64,000 nucleotides of DNA from Paludibacteraceae bacterium (GCA_017525455.1 JAFXSS010000152.1:649-64648); one strand, 5' to 3'. Numbered from the stretch's first letter, positions 26,478-37,170 are shown. Notes: a model not told the origin generated them from the letters alone. Numbers and translations: made by a program.

Positions 26478-27392
26478 ATGAAGAAAAAGATTGCTATAAT
26501 AGCCGGCGGCGATAGTTCCGAACACGATGTGTCGCTGCGCTCGGCTGCAAGTATCAAAGGTTGGTTGGATCCCGAGCGTTACGACGCAGAGATCGTTGAA
26601 CTGCAGGGTGCTGATCTCAAGACCCTGAACAAAATAACGGAGTACGACTATGCCTATATTACCATCCACGGGACACCGGGCGAGAACGGACTGTTGCAGG
26701 GATTTCTGGAGATGATGCACATTCCCTACTCCTGTTGCGGTGTGCTGGCTGCAGCGCTGACGTTCAACAAGTACGCCTGCAACCACTACCTCAAGCAGTT
26801 CGGCATAACCATCTCCCCGTCTATCCTGCTGCGCAAGGGTGCCGAGCGCCCGACAGCGGAACAGATCATACAAGAGGTCGGCCTGCCCTGTTTCATCAAG
26901 TCGAACGTGGGCGGTTCGAGTTTCGGTTGCACCAAGGTTAAGACCATTGATGATGTTGAGCCTGCCATAGCCGCTGCTTTTCGCGAAGGCGATGAGGTGA
27001 TTTGCGAGGCGTTCATGCAAGGCACCGAGATCACCTGCGGCGTTTACAAGACCAGCCGGCGCAGCGTGGCACTGCCAATCACCGAGGTGGTGACTGCCAA
27101 CGAGTTTTTCGACTATGATGCCAAGTACAACGGTCAGGTGCAGGAGATAACTCCGGCACGCATTCCTGACAGCACACGCGATGCCGTGCAGGCAATGACT
27201 CTGAAGATCTACGTTATACTCGGATGCAAAGGTATCATCCGTACGGATTATATCATTGCGCCGGACGGTACAATCCAACTGCTGGAGGTAAACACCACAC
27301 CGGGCATGACTGCCACATCGTTCATCCCGCAACAGGTACGCGCTGCCGGCATGGAGATGCGCGATGTACTGACGGAGATTATAGAGAATTGA
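26478..27392 (+). CDS. ddl: D-alanine--D-alanine ligase
   Basis: MKKKIAIIAGGDSSEHDVSLRSA N-terminus and an ATP-grasp C-terminus (EVNTTPGMT). The start was moved to the ATG at 26478; the upstream part of the track ORF has no coding character. Confidence 0.93.
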   Translation: MKKKIAIIAGGDSSEHDVSLRSAASIKGWLDPERYDAEIVELQGADLKTLNKITEYDYAYITIHGTPGENGLLQGFLEMMHIPYSCCGVLAAALTFNKYACNHYLKQFGITISPSILLRKGAERPTAEQIIQEVGLPCFIKSNVGGSSFGCTKVKTIDDVEPAIAAAFREGDEVICEAFMQGTEITCGVYKTSRRSVALPITEVVTANEFFDYDAKYNGQVQEITPARIPDSTRDAVQAMTLKIYVILGCKGIIRTDYIIAPDGTIQLLEVNTTPGMTATSFIPQQVRAAGMEMRDVLTEIIEN

Positions 27393-27407
27393 TAATTGCT
27401 ATTTATC

Positions 27408-28355
27408 ATGATCGATTGTAATGCCGCAATAGCCGCTTTGGACTGGAGCAAAGAGCCGCAGGGCTTGTATGCGCCTATTGCCTACGCACTGTCGTCGGGC
27501 GGCAAACGCCTGCGTATGCAACTCGTGCTGGCCGGCTGCCGGCTGGCTGGTGGTAACGAGCAGGACGCTTTGCCGTTTGCCGAAGCCATCGAGGTTTTTC
27601 ACAACTTCACACTTTTGCATGACGATGTAATGGATCGTGCCGATGTGCGCCGTGGCAAGCCGACCGTACATGTGAAGTGGAACGACAACACTGCTATTCT
27701 CAGCGGCGACCAGATGCTCATCGAAGCCTATCACCTGCTGGAGAGCGTACCTACGCAGCATCTGCCGCAACTGCTCAAGCTGTTCACCCGTACCGCTACG
27801 GAGATATGCGAAGGACAACAGTACGATGTGGATTTTGAGCAGCGCGATGATGTGCAGATAGCCGATTATATTGAGATGATTCGCCTGAAGACATCCGTGC
27901 TGCTGGCTGCAGCACTCAAGGGTGGTGCAATCATCGGCGGTGCAACCGAAGCGGAACAGGAAGCATTGTATAACTACGGTATTCACCTCGGGTTGGCTTT
28001 TCAGATTCAGGACGATCTGCTGGACTGCTTTGGCGATCCCGCAACATTCGGAAAAGCCATAGGCGGAGACATAAGTTGCAACAAGAAGACTTACCTGCTT
28101 TTGTCGGCACTGCATCGGGCTAATCCTAGACAATACTCGGAACTTCATCGGTGGCTTGAGCTAACCGAGCCGTCCGCTGAAAAGATAGAAGCTGTCAAAG
28201 CGCTGTATATAGCCACACAGGCTCGCGAGGCTGCCGAACAGGCTATAGCCGAACATACAGCCAAGGCACTCGAATGCCTCAAAGTTTTGCCGCAAAACAG
28301 CGAAACGCACCACCTGGAACAGATGGCGCTTAGTCTGGCCAAACGCAATGCTTGA
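27408..28355 (+). CDS. polyprenyl diphosphate synthase (trans-isoprenyl diphosphate synthase family)
   Basis: LLHDDVMDRADVRRGKPT (first DDxxD) and FQIQDDLLD (second DDxxD). I prefer the ATG at 27408 over the TTG at 27396. Confidence 0.9.
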   Translation: MIDCNAAIAALDWSKEPQGLYAPIAYALSSGGKRLRMQLVLAGCRLAGGNEQDALPFAEAIEVFHNFTLLHDDVMDRADVRRGKPTVHVKWNDNTAILSGDQMLIEAYHLLESVPTQHLPQLLKLFTRTATEICEGQQYDVDFEQRDDVQIADYIEMIRLKTSVLLAAALKGGAIIGGATEAEQEALYNYGIHLGLAFQIQDDLLDCFGDPATFGKAIGGDISCNKKTYLLLSALHRANPRQYSELHRWLELTEPSAEKIEAVKALYIATQAREAAEQAIAEHTAKALECLKVLPQNSETHHLEQMALSLAKRNA

Positions 28356-28393
28356 AACGAGGAAATAGTAAATGATCAAATCGTAAATGACTT

Positions 28394-29149
28394 ATGCCAT
28401 ACAGACGTTTACCCAACACCGACCAAGCCCGCCTGCGCGCATTGAAAACTGCCGTGCAGCGTGCGGCCGAAAGCGATTTTACCGAGCAGGTACTGCCCTA
28501 CCGCCTATCCACGGAAGCAGAGAACTGCCTGCTCAAGTTTGAGAACCTCGTTTCGCAGTATCAGACGAGTTTCGACAACAAGGTTGCCGCCAACAAACGC
28601 TACAAGAAGATGGTGCAGAACACGCGTATGTACCTGTCGCATTTCATTCAGGTACTGAACTTCGCTGTTATGCGCGGAGAGATCAAGCGGGAGCAGAAAC
28701 GTCTTTATCACCTCAATGAGAACAACAACAGCCTGCCTGACTTGTCAACGGAGGATGATCTGCTGATATGGGGCAAGAATATCATTGAGGGCGAAACAGA
28801 ACGTATGGGACAGGGCGGAATCCCCATCAATTGTCCGGCTATCAACAAGGTGAAGGTTCACTACGACATGTTCCGTGAGAACCAACTCAACCAGTCGATG
28901 CACAGGATGAACACCGAACGTGTGTACGAAGATCTGGAGGAACTGCGGCAGGAAGCTGACCGCATCATTCTGAATATATGGAACACTGTTGAGGCGCACT
29001 ACGAAAACCGCCTGCCGTACGAACGCTTGCGTAGTTGCGAAAACTACGGACTGAAGTTCTACTACCGTCCGCGAGAGAAACGCATCACGGCAGAAACCGA
29101 CAAAGAAATCGAGAAAGCGGCATCCAGTCAGATGCGATTGGATTTTTAG
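28394..29149 (+). CDS. hypothetical protein (251 aa, helical, cytoplasmic)
   Basis: Clean ATG ORF with plausible codon usage; no motif recognised. Confidence 0.6.
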   Translation: MPYRRLPNTDQARLRALKTAVQRAAESDFTEQVLPYRLSTEAENCLLKFENLVSQYQTSFDNKVAANKRYKKMVQNTRMYLSHFIQVLNFAVMRGEIKREQKRLYHLNENNNSLPDLSTEDDLLIWGKNIIEGETERMGQGGIPINCPAINKVKVHYDMFRENQLNQSMHRMNTERVYEDLEELRQEADRIILNIWNTVEAHYENRLPYERLRSCENYGLKFYYRPREKRITAETDKEIEKAASSQMRLDF

Positions 29150-29748
29150 CGCTCGTAAGTGGCTGAAGGCGTTACAACCTTGTCCATCCGCACGTCACGG
29201 AAGGAACGCGGCAGATCGTCGCTAATCTGGAAGTCGTAGCATACGCCCACCTTTGTCACATTACCGAGTTTGCGCAGAAAGCGGTCATAGTAACCCTTGC
29301 CGCGACCCATGCGCGTAAGATCTTTGTCAAAAGCCAACCCGGGAACAATCACCAGTTCGGGCTTGCCGTGATAAGTACCGGTCTGAGGTGTAGGTATGCC
29401 GTAGTGACCCTGCTTGAGGTTATCCTGACCTACATACTGACGGAGCTCGATGCTGTCGCGATGAGTAACCGGCAGCAGGATGACTTTCTCATCCTTGTAC
29501 TTATCCAGCAGCGGACGCAGATCTACCTCATGATGGACAGGGTAATAAAACATCACTACACGGGCATGGCGAAAACAATGCAGTTGCTCGATGCGCTCAA
29601 TCACAGCATCTGACCAGGCACGGAGGTCTTCCTGGCTCTGGACACGAAGCTTCTGACGCATCAGCTCGCGAAGATCGTTCTTGCGCTTGGCGATTTTGTT
29701 CCAAGGCAACAGACGTTTAAAGTCGCGAATTTGGCTTTCGAAAAGCAT
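29146..29748 (-). CDS. 5-formyltetrahydrofolate cyclo-ligase
   Basis: VPGLAFD...GRGKGYYDRFL motif; 200 aa. Confidence 0.85.
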   Translation of the reverse strand: MLFESQIRDFKRLLPWNKIAKRKNDLRELMRQKLRVQSQEDLRAWSDAVIERIEQLHCFRHARVVMFYYPVHHEVDLRPLLDKYKDEKVILLPVTHRDSIELRQYVGQDNLKQGHYGIPTPQTGTYHGKPELVIVPGLAFDKDLTRMGRGKGYYDRFLRKLGNVTKVGVCYDFQISDDLPRSFRDVRMDKVVTPSATYER

Positions 29749-29802
29749 ATACGGATATACGTTTGAAAAACTTAATTAATTACGATTTTACAAAATCGGC
29801 TG

Positions 29803-29810
29803 CAAAGATA
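29803..29810 (-). promoter_or_regulatory. -7 promoter box (TAtcTTTG)
   Basis: CAAAGATA on the plus strand, about 55 nt upstream of the ATG at 29748. Confidence 0.5.
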
Positions 29811-29835
29811 CAAAAAAATTTTGACATTTGCAAAT

Positions 29836-31182
29836 ATGAAGGGCAACATTTTACATATATTGTGTATAATTAGCGTAATTTTCATCTCCTGTACTGATAA
29901 AAATCGCACAACCGTTACCACTTCGTCGGAAACGGAGATAACAAGTTTCTACTTTACCAAGCTGGACAGTTTTCCCAGTGTAGGAAGCACTACGTTCACC
30001 ATCAGTCACTATGCTGCTCAGGATACGGGACTGATTACCAATGCCGACTCAATGACCTACAAGACTCCTGTCAGCAAACTTGTACCGCGTATCCTGTTCA
30101 AGGCCACGCCTTCATCAGCCACAGTCATGCTGCCTGACACAAGTTTTGCACTCAGCGGCAAAGATACTATTGATTTCAGTCGTCCTGTGATGCTCCGTAT
30201 CATCTCGTCGGATCTGACGGCCACCAAGTATTACCGCGTGGTGGTAAACGTGCATCAGGTGGATCCCGATCTGTTTCACTGGCAGAAACTCAGCACCGCC
30301 GTCATTCCTCAAGGCACTGCTTCCACCAAAGGCCTGGTGCTGGACGGATGGTTCTATCTGTTTGCCAACGACGGCTTCAAGACTACCGTTTATCAGTCGG
30401 CTGACGGGCAAACGTGGGATGGCGGTTCGCTACCCTCCACACTGCCTGCCAACTGCAGGGTTCGCGAGATACTGGCATCTGAACAGCAAGATCGCCTGTA
30501 TTATTGCCAGGACGGCAAGGTCTATACCTCTACCGATGCCCTGGCATGGCAGGTGCAGGATATGAGCGGCGAGACATATGTACCCCGCGTAATGCAGATG
30601 TGCTTCAACGACAGCGTTTGGATGGTTACCGAACATTCAGCCAATCATACTTTCCATCTGGCAGTAGAGGACAACGGCACCTGGCGCTCTTTCGAACGCG
30701 CGCTGCCGGACAACTGGCCGCTATCGGACTTTACGGCTGTTACGTTCCTTGCCAGCAGCGAACGTCCGCGCGCGATGATCATCGGCGGCTACGATACCCG
30801 TGGCAACGGACTGAACTCACGCTGGAACATCGAGTACAGCCTTGCCGGCGGTTATCGCTATGCAAACTTCGCCATCGAACGGCCACTGTGCTCGGCTATT
30901 CTGGGTGCTTCGGCAGTGCACTACGGCAAACGGTTCTATTTGTTCGGAGGCGTGGATGCAGAGGCTAAATATGTAACAAATACAGCCTTGTACTCTGACG
31001 ACGAAGGACTGAACTGGTTCCCCATCGATACAGTACACAACCGACTGATGGATGTCTATTCCGCACGCACGCAGACCAGCGCGTTTGTTCACGAGAGTAG
31101 CGTATGGCTCATGGGAGGACAATCGCGAACAGAGGTGTTCTCCGATGTCATGAGCGGCAAACTGACCAGCATCGACTGGTAA
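29836..31182 (+). CDS. lipoprotein with a Kelch-like beta-propeller C-terminal region
   Basis: MKGNILHILCIISVIFISC lipobox. It has repeated FYLFGG / MIIGGYD / VWLMGG blade-like motifs. The ATG at 29836 is preferred to the TTG at 29821. Confidence 0.6.
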   Translation: MKGNILHILCIISVIFISCTDKNRTTVTTSSETEITSFYFTKLDSFPSVGSTTFTISHYAAQDTGLITNADSMTYKTPVSKLVPRILFKATPSSATVMLPDTSFALSGKDTIDFSRPVMLRIISSDLTATKYYRVVVNVHQVDPDLFHWQKLSTAVIPQGTASTKGLVLDGWFYLFANDGFKTTVYQSADGQTWDGGSLPSTLPANCRVREILASEQQDRLYYCQDGKVYTSTDALAWQVQDMSGETYVPRVMQMCFNDSVWMVTEHSANHTFHLAVEDNGTWRSFERALPDNWPLSDFTAVTFLASSERPRAMIIGGYDTRGNGLNSRWNIEYSLAGGYRYANFAIERPLCSAILGASAVHYGKRFYLFGGVDAEAKYVTNTALYSDDEGLNWFPIDTVHNRLMDVYSARTQTSAFVHESSVWLMGGQSRTEVFSDVMSGKLTSIDW

Positions 31183-31225
31183 AATATTTCTTATTGGAAG
31201 TTTCAAATTTGTAATTCTAAAATTC

Positions 31226-32593
31226 ATGAGAATACATTTCATTGCCATAGGCGGTGCAGCCATGCACAACTTGGCATTGGCTATCCAACAGAAAGCCGGA
31301 TATGTCGTTACAGGTTCCGACGACGAGATTTTTGACCCTGCACGCACGCATCTTCAGGAGGCGGGACTGCTGCCCGATGAGATGGGTTGGCATCCTGAAC
31401 GCATCACGCCTGACATCGATGCTATCATATTAGGTATGCACGCGCGCGAGGATAACCCCGAACTCGTTCGTGCACGCGAACTCGGATTGCGCATCTATTC
31501 GTTTCCGGAGTATCTGTACGAGCAGACGAAGGACAAGTTCCGCATTGTGGTTGGCGGCAGTCACGGCAAGACAACCACCACTGCTATGATTCTCTATGTC
31601 CTCAATCGTTTGGGCATTGAAGCCGATTACATGGTAGGTGCACAGATTGAGGGCTTCGAACGGATGGTACGCCTGAGTGATACCGCTAAGTATGCTGTGT
31701 TCGAGGGCGACGAGTATCTGACTTCGCCGCTTGACCTGCGATCGAAGTTCCTGTGGTACAAGCCCCATACAGCCATCCTCACCGGCATAGCATGGGATCA
31801 TATCAATGTATTCCCGACCTTCGATCTGTATGTCGAAACGTTCCGTAAGTTTGTTGATACTTTCGAGCCAAACGGCACGTTCATTTACTATTCCGGCGAC
31901 AGCAATCTGCAAACTATAGCCCAAGGCGCACGCAAGGATATCCGCTGCCGACCGTATGCAGCGTACAAAGGCGAAGTACCGATGCAAGTGTTCGGTCAAC
32001 ATAACATGGAGAACCTGCAAGCTGCATGCATGGCGTGCGAGACGATTGGTGTACGTCCGGAGGATTTCTACCGTGAGATCAGTACGTTCACCGGTGCCGC
32101 CAACCGGCTGGAGAAGATTGCCGAAACGGCTACGAGTGTTGCCTACAAGGATTTTGCACACTCTCCCTCCAAGCTCCGCGCCACCATCAAGGCGGTACGC
32201 GAGCGCTATCCCGACAAACGTCTCATAGCTGCTATGGAACTGCATACGTTCAGCTCGCTCATGGCAGACTTCCTACCGCAGTACAACGGCTGCATGGCAG
32301 ATGCTGATGTAGCATACGTCTATTTCAACCCGAAGGTTATCGAGCACAAGCGACTCACTCCCATCACGGCGGAAGAGGTTCGCCGGGCGTTCGGCACGGC
32401 TAACGTCGAAGTCTTCACCGAGAGCGAAGCCCTGCAAGCCAAACTGCGAAGCCTGTTCAACACCCAAAATGACAAAATGGCAAACCCCCAAATGGCAAAT
32501 AAAGCTGGCACTGCCCTACTAATGATGTCCTCCGGCACCTTCGACGGTGTGGACGTCAAGCGTTTTGCACAGGAGCTGTTGGGGCAAGCCTAA
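31226..32593 (+). CDS. mpl: UDP-N-acetylmuramate:L-alanyl-gamma-D-glutamyl-meso-diaminopimelate ligase (murein peptide ligase)
   Basis: MRIHFIAIGGAAMHNLALA and VVGGSHGKTTTTAM Mur-ligase motifs; 455 aa. Confidence 0.88.
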   Translation: MRIHFIAIGGAAMHNLALAIQQKAGYVVTGSDDEIFDPARTHLQEAGLLPDEMGWHPERITPDIDAIILGMHAREDNPELVRARELGLRIYSFPEYLYEQTKDKFRIVVGGSHGKTTTTAMILYVLNRLGIEADYMVGAQIEGFERMVRLSDTAKYAVFEGDEYLTSPLDLRSKFLWYKPHTAILTGIAWDHINVFPTFDLYVETFRKFVDTFEPNGTFIYYSGDSNLQTIAQGARKDIRCRPYAAYKGEVPMQVFGQHNMENLQAACMACETIGVRPEDFYREISTFTGAANRLEKIAETATSVAYKDFAHSPSKLRATIKAVRERYPDKRLIAAMELHTFSSLMADFLPQYNGCMADADVAYVYFNPKVIEHKRLTPITAEEVRRAFGTANVEVFTESEALQAKLRSLFNTQNDKMANPQMANKAGTALLMMSSGTFDGVDVKRFAQELLGQA

Positions 32594-32645
32594 ATGTTTC
32601 CTAAACGGTTACTCATACTTCTTGAAAAAGAGTTGTCATCTACCC

Positions 32646-32690
32646 AATCAGGCGCAGCAACGATGCCGCGCCTGATTAATGGTATTTTTC
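32646..32690 (+). terminator. intrinsic terminator after mpl
   Basis: AATCAGGCGC (32646-55) pairs perfectly with GCGCCTGATT (32668-77) across a 12 nt loop, followed by a tattttt tract. Confidence 0.6.
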
Positions 32691-32730
32691 TGCCTGCAGG
32701 CAGATTACAGGTTGCGCAGATACGCAGAGG

Positions 32731-32764
32731 ACAAAATAAAAGACCGCCCTACAGGTGGTCTTTT
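32731..32764 (-). terminator. intrinsic terminator after the glutamate synthase fusion gene
   Basis: An 11 bp stem AAAAGACCGCC/GGTGGTCTTTT (one G.T pair) with a 5 nt loop. The minus strand continues TTTTATTTTG. Confidence 0.6.
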
Positions 32765-32789
32765 ATAGCAAATGTATTAGTACTTTCCC

Positions 32790-35024
32790 CTATTTTCCGG
32801 CAAGGGCGGCATGCATAGCTGCGGCGGCTTTGCGGCCGTCGGACATGGCGAGGATTACCGTAGCGCCACCGCGGACGATATCGCCACCGGCGTACAGGAC
32901 AGGCAGCGACGAGCGCATGTTGTCGTCCACGACGATTGTGCCCTTGCGCGACACCTCCAGTCCGGCTACAGACTTCGGGATGATCGGGTTAGGCGAAACG
33001 CCTACTGCTACCACGACCATATCTGCCGGCATGGTAATTGTCTTGCCCTCGACAGGCACAGGCGAGCGGCGTCCCGACTCGTCGGGTTCGCCCAGGGTCA
33101 TGACTTGCAGCACAGCCTCCTTGACACGACCGTTCTCGTCGGCGTGGTACTCGATAGGGTTGTGCAGTGTCATGAATTCTATACCTTCCGCCTTGGCGTG
33201 CTCAACCTCCTCATGACGTGCAGGCATCTCGTCCTCGCTGCGGGGATAGACGATGATAGCATGTTCCGCACCCAATCGTTTGGCGGTACGCACAGCATCC
33301 ATGGCCGTGTTGCCGCCGCCGATAACGAGCACATTCTTGCCATACAGCACCGGTGTATCAGTAGCAGCGTTGGTAGCATCCATAAGGTTCACGCGCGTGA
33401 GGTACTCGTTGGACGACATGACGCCGTTGAGGTTCTCACCGGGTATGCCCATGAATCGCGGCAGACCGGCGCCCGAGGCAACGAAGACAGCCTTGTAGCC
33501 GTCAGCCTGCAGGTCGTCGACAGTAATCGTCTTGCCGACAATCGTATCCGTAACGAACTCCACACCCAAGGCACGCAGACCGTCGATCTCCTTATCCACA
33601 ATAGCATTAGGCAGACGGTACTCGGGTATGCCGTACTTAAGCACTCCGCCTATGGCATGCAATGCTTCAAACACGGTGACCTGATAGCCGTACTTAGCCA
33701 TATCGCCTGCGAAAGTCAGACCGGCAGGACCGGAGCCTACTACAGCGACCTTTGGTGCTGTAGTAGGCAATTTCTGATTGCTGATTTCTGATTTCTGATT
33801 GCTGTCGGCATGGTCGGCCACGAAGCGCTCGAGGTAACCGATGGCTACGGGTTGGTGACCCATCTTCAGGTGGATACATTGTGCCTCGCACTGTTTCTCC
33901 TGCGGGCAGACACGGCCGCAGACGGCAGGCAGCGAACTAGACTCGTGGATGATATCCGAAGCTTTCTGTATATCGCCAAGTTCAATCTGCTTGATGAACG
34001 CAGGTATATCGATGTTCACGGGGCAACCTTTGACGCAGCCCGGGTTCTTACACGACAGGCAACGATGGCTCTCGGTGAGTGCCTGTTCGGCAGTCAGACC
34101 GAGGTTAACCTCTTTGTGCAGGTATTTCACACGCTCCTCGGGTGCCAGTTCGGGCATAACCACACGGGGTATAGCAGCGCGCTCCTTCGCGGTCAGCGGC
34201 GTGGCTTGCGCTTGATATCGCTCGTAAGCAGCGGCTTCCTCGGGTTTGTAAGAGCGCAGGCGGGAGAGCATCTCGTCGAAATCCACCTGATGGGCATCGA
34301 ACTCAGGACCATCCACACATACGAATTTCGTCTGTCCGCCTACCGTCACACGACATGCACCGCACATACCCGTACCGTCCACCATGATCGTGTTCAGCGA
34401 AGCTTCAGTAGGGATATTGTACTTCTTGGTGGTGAGTGCCACGAACTTCATCATGATAGCCGGACCGATAGTGATGCATTTGTCCACATGCTCGCGTTCT
34501 GCTACCGTCTCTATACCTTGGGTGACCAGTCCCTGCGTTCCCATCGAGCCGTCGTCGGTCATAACGATCACCTCGTCGGAGGTGGCGGACAGTTCGTCGT
34601 GGAGGATGATCAGGTCTTTGTTACGCGCGGCGAGGATAGTGATCACGCGGTTGCCGGCGCGCTTGAGTGCCTGTGCGATAGGTAACATAGGTGCAGCACC
34701 CACGCCACCGCAGGCACAAACAACCGTGCCGTAGTTCTCGATGCGTGTAGCCTGCCCGAGCGGACCAACAATGTCGGCAAGGCAGTCGCCCGGGTTCATG
34801 GCACAAAGCTTGGCACTGCTGACGCCTATACGCTGTACGACCAGGGTAATCGTGCCGGCAGCGGTGTCGGCATTGGATATGGTGAGCGGCATGCGCTCGG
34901 AGTTGTTATCCACGCGCACGATGACGAAGTGCCCGGCGCGACGACTCTTGGCAATGAGCGGAGCCTCAACTACTATCTCCGCCACATTGTCAGAAAAGAA
35001 ACGTTTAGAGATGATCCTATTCAT
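32790..35024 (-). CDS. fusion of an FAD/NAD(P)-binding oxidoreductase (PyrK/sulfide dehydrogenase-like) with the NADPH-dependent glutamate synthase small chain
   Basis: The N-terminal 280 aa are ferredoxin-reductase-like, with a C-terminal CGACRV Fe-S motif. Then come the 2x[4Fe-4S] motifs (CLSCKNPGCVKGCP, CGRVCPQEKQCEAQC) and VAVVGSGPAGL...VIGGGNTAMD Rossmann motifs of GltD. Confidence 0.88.
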   Translation of the reverse strand: MNRIISKRFFSDNVAEIVVEAPLIAKSRRAGHFVIVRVDNNSERMPLTISNADTAAGTITLVVQRIGVSSAKLCAMNPGDCLADIVGPLGQATRIENYGTVVCACGGVGAAPMLPIAQALKRAGNRVITILAARNKDLIILHDELSATSDEVIVMTDDGSMGTQGLVTQGIETVAEREHVDKCITIGPAIMMKFVALTTKKYNIPTEASLNTIMVDGTGMCGACRVTVGGQTKFVCVDGPEFDAHQVDFDEMLSRLRSYKPEEAAAYERYQAQATPLTAKERAAIPRVVMPELAPEERVKYLHKEVNLGLTAEQALTESHRCLSCKNPGCVKGCPVNIDIPAFIKQIELGDIQKASDIIHESSSLPAVCGRVCPQEKQCEAQCIHLKMGHQPVAIGYLERFVADHADSNQKSEISNQKLPTTAPKVAVVGSGPAGLTFAGDMAKYGYQVTVFEALHAIGGVLKYGIPEYRLPNAIVDKEIDGLRALGVEFVTDTIVGKTITVDDLQADGYKAVFVASGAGLPRFMGIPGENLNGVMSSNEYLTRVNLMDATNAATDTPVLYGKNVLVIGGGNTAMDAVRTAKRLGAEHAIIVYPRSEDEMPARHEEVEHAKAEGIEFMTLHNPIEYHADENGRVKEAVLQVMTLGEPDESGRRSPVPVEGKTITMPADMVVVAVGVSPNPIIPKSVAGLEVSRKGTIVVDDNMRSSLPVLYAGGDIVRGGATVILAMSDGRKAAAAMHAALAGK

Positions 35025-35065
35025 TTACGATTTGGCCATTTATTTGGCCATTTGGTTATTTTAAT

Positions 35066-35953
35066 TTAGAAGTATTTCTGCTCGCTGCCCATGATGGATG
35101 TCAGCAGATTGTTAGCCAGGCGGCTGGCACCGAAACGGAAGAGACGGTTGTTGAGCCAATCCTTGCCCAAGATCTCCTTAACCAGGGTATAGTGGGCCAC
35201 AGCCTCGTCGGTAGTGCTGACGCCTCCTGCGGGTTTGTAACCCTTGATCTCGCCCGTTTTCTCCTTCCACGCCTTGATAGCCTGGCACATGATGAACGTT
35301 GCCTCGGGAGTAGCATTGACACTGATCTTGCCGGTCGATGTCTTGATGAAGTCAGCCCCGGCAGCCATAGCGAGAATAGATGCTTTCCAGATGTTCTCGG
35401 CAGTCTTCAGTGCGCCGGTCTCCAGAATAACCTTGAAGTGTGCATCCTTGGCAGCGGCTTTCTGCTCAACGATCTCGTCGAAGCACTCCTGGTACTTGCC
35501 CTCCAGGAACTTGCCCTGCGAAAGAACCATATCGCACTCTGTAGCGCCTTCCCGTACAGCCATAGAAGTCTCGGCAACCTTGATTTCGATGAACGTCTGC
35601 GATGCGGGGAAACCTCCGACTACAGAGGTTATACCTACGCCCTCAGCCTTCAGGTTAGCCTTAACCACAGGCACCAGAGCCGGGTAAACGCAGATGCTGG
35701 CTACGTTATAGTCCTTGAGCTCGGGGAAGTGATCACCGAAATAGTTAACACAGGCAGCCATTTTCTCCACACGTGCATCGGTATCGTCACCCATGAGGGT
35801 GGTGAGGTCGATCTGGTGGAGGCACTGTTTCCAAACAGCAGCGTTGTTGTTCTCTGCAGCGTGCTTGGCAATGATATCTGCGGTCTGAGCCTTAACCTGC
35901 TCGTCGGTCAGCGCAAAGGGATATTGCGCAAAAAGTTCTTCAAATTTGTTCAT
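35066..35953 (-). CDS. deoC: deoxyribose-phosphate aldolase (long form)
   Basis: Contains the ADFIKTSTGK Schiff-base lysine motif and a TIM-barrel-sized body of 295 aa. Confidence 0.82.
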   Translation of the reverse strand: MNKFEELFAQYPFALTDEQVKAQTADIIAKHAAENNNAAVWKQCLHQIDLTTLMGDDTDARVEKMAACVNYFGDHFPELKDYNVASICVYPALVPVVKANLKAEGVGITSVVGGFPASQTFIEIKVAETSMAVREGATECDMVLSQGKFLEGKYQECFDEIVEQKAAAKDAHFKVILETGALKTAENIWKASILAMAAGADFIKTSTGKISVNATPEATFIMCQAIKAWKEKTGEIKGYKPAGGVSTTDEAVAHYTLVKEILGKDWLNNRLFRFGASRLANNLLTSIMGSEQKYF

Positions 35954-35997
35954 GGTGAATTATGTATTATGTGTTATGTTTTACGTATTATGTCTGA

Positions 35998-36681
35998 TCA
36001 GTGCAGTTTGGCGATGATGGTCTGGTTGCCGCGAACGTTCTCACCCATCTCTACGAACATCTCGGTGTTCAGCGGAAGGTACAAATCGACGCGTGAACCC
36101 AATTTGATGAACCCGAGGTGGGAGTTACGGTGGCACTCCTTGCCTGCTCGGGCATAGGTCACAATCCGTCGCGCCATAGCCCCGGCAATCTGGCGAACGG
36201 CAATCACAGCCTTGTTCTTGGTCCGGATAACCACAAGCGAACGCTCGTTCTCTGTCGAAGATTTCGGCAGCCATGCTGCTTTGTGGTTACCTGCCTGATG
36301 CTCGCTGACCAGGATTGTTCCCTCGCACGGATACCAGTTGGCATGCACATTGAACGGCGACATGAAAATACTGACCTGCAGACGCTCCTCGTGGAAATAT
36401 TCGTTCTCCATGACCGGCTCAATCACCACCACTTTGCCGTCAGCAGGGGCGACGAGGTAGTTCGGGTCATCAATGGTAAACACGCGTACAGGGTCGCGGA
36501 AGAAATACACGACAAACACCAATGCCACAGCCGAGATGGCCAGCAATGTGGCCAGAATCCAATGCGGCCAATAGAAATATGCCGTGATATTCAGGATAAA
36601 TACGATAAGAATTACAATCAGTAACATTCTGCGTCCTTCGCGATGCAGTCCTGTACGTTTGCGTTGTTTGGTTTTAGTCAT
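35998..36681 (-). CDS. psd: phosphatidylserine decarboxylase family protein
   Basis: N-terminal TM helices and the FIKLGSRVDLYLP self-cleavage (LGS) motif near the C-terminus. Confidence 0.85.
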   Translation of the reverse strand: MTKTKQRKRTGLHREGRRMLLIVILIVFILNITAYFYWPHWILATLLAISAVALVFVVYFFRDPVRVFTIDDPNYLVAPADGKVVVIEPVMENEYFHEERLQVSIFMSPFNVHANWYPCEGTILVSEHQAGNHKAAWLPKSSTENERSLVVIRTKNKAVIAVRQIAGAMARRIVTYARAGKECHRNSHLGFIKLGSRVDLYLPLNTEMFVEMGENVRGNQTIIAKLH

Positions 36682-36744
36682 GGTTGTGTAGTTACTTTTC
36701 GGGACGTTGTGATGCCGATATTTCGTGATGCCAGGATTATGAGG

Positions 36745-37170
36745 TTACACCCATTGTTCAAACGGCATCTGTGCCATCATGTCAGCGGCTTGATCGATGC
36801 CCTCCTGAATCTTGTTTCCCGCCATCATGGCAATCATCACCGGCAGTTCGGCTTTAAGCGTAAGTTTGATGCGGCTGTCGTGCGGTGCCACCTGCTTGAC
36901 CTGAATCCAGAAATTGCCTTCAACAGGCAGATTCTCGATGCCGAACTTGACCGTATCGTTCTCAATCCTGTCAACAATGCGGATAATAATCTTCTGGCCG
37001 AGACCGTCGACCTTGAGCCGGATAAAATCAACATCCGTCTCAAACTCCTGAACTTTGTCCTGCGGAATAAGGTCGCGCACGCGCTCAAGATTGCGCAAAT
37101 CAGATACTACCACATAAATCGCCGACGCGTCGGCTGCCACTTTGGCTATATGACTTTCGTATGTTTTCAT
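36745..37170 (-). CDS. hypothetical protein, possibly SRPBCC/START-like fold
   Basis: 141 aa with an alpha/beta pattern; no catalytic motif. The fold assignment is a guess. Confidence 0.5.
   Translation of the reverse strand: MKTYESHIAKVAADASAIYVVVSDLRNLERVRDLIPQDKVQEFETDVDFIRLKVDGLGQKIIIRIVDRIENDTVKFGIENLPVEGNFWIQVKQVAPHDSRIKLTLKAELPVMIAMMAGNKIQEGIDQAADMMAQMPFEQWV

Noticed and set aside
32689-32704. A perfect 16 bp palindrome, TCTGCCTGCAGGCAGA, between the two convergent terminators.
   Set aside because: It is a single short palindrome in a convergent intergenic region already occupied by two terminator hairpins. It is most simply an additional stem-loop contributing to termination or RNA stability, and nothing else distinguishes it.
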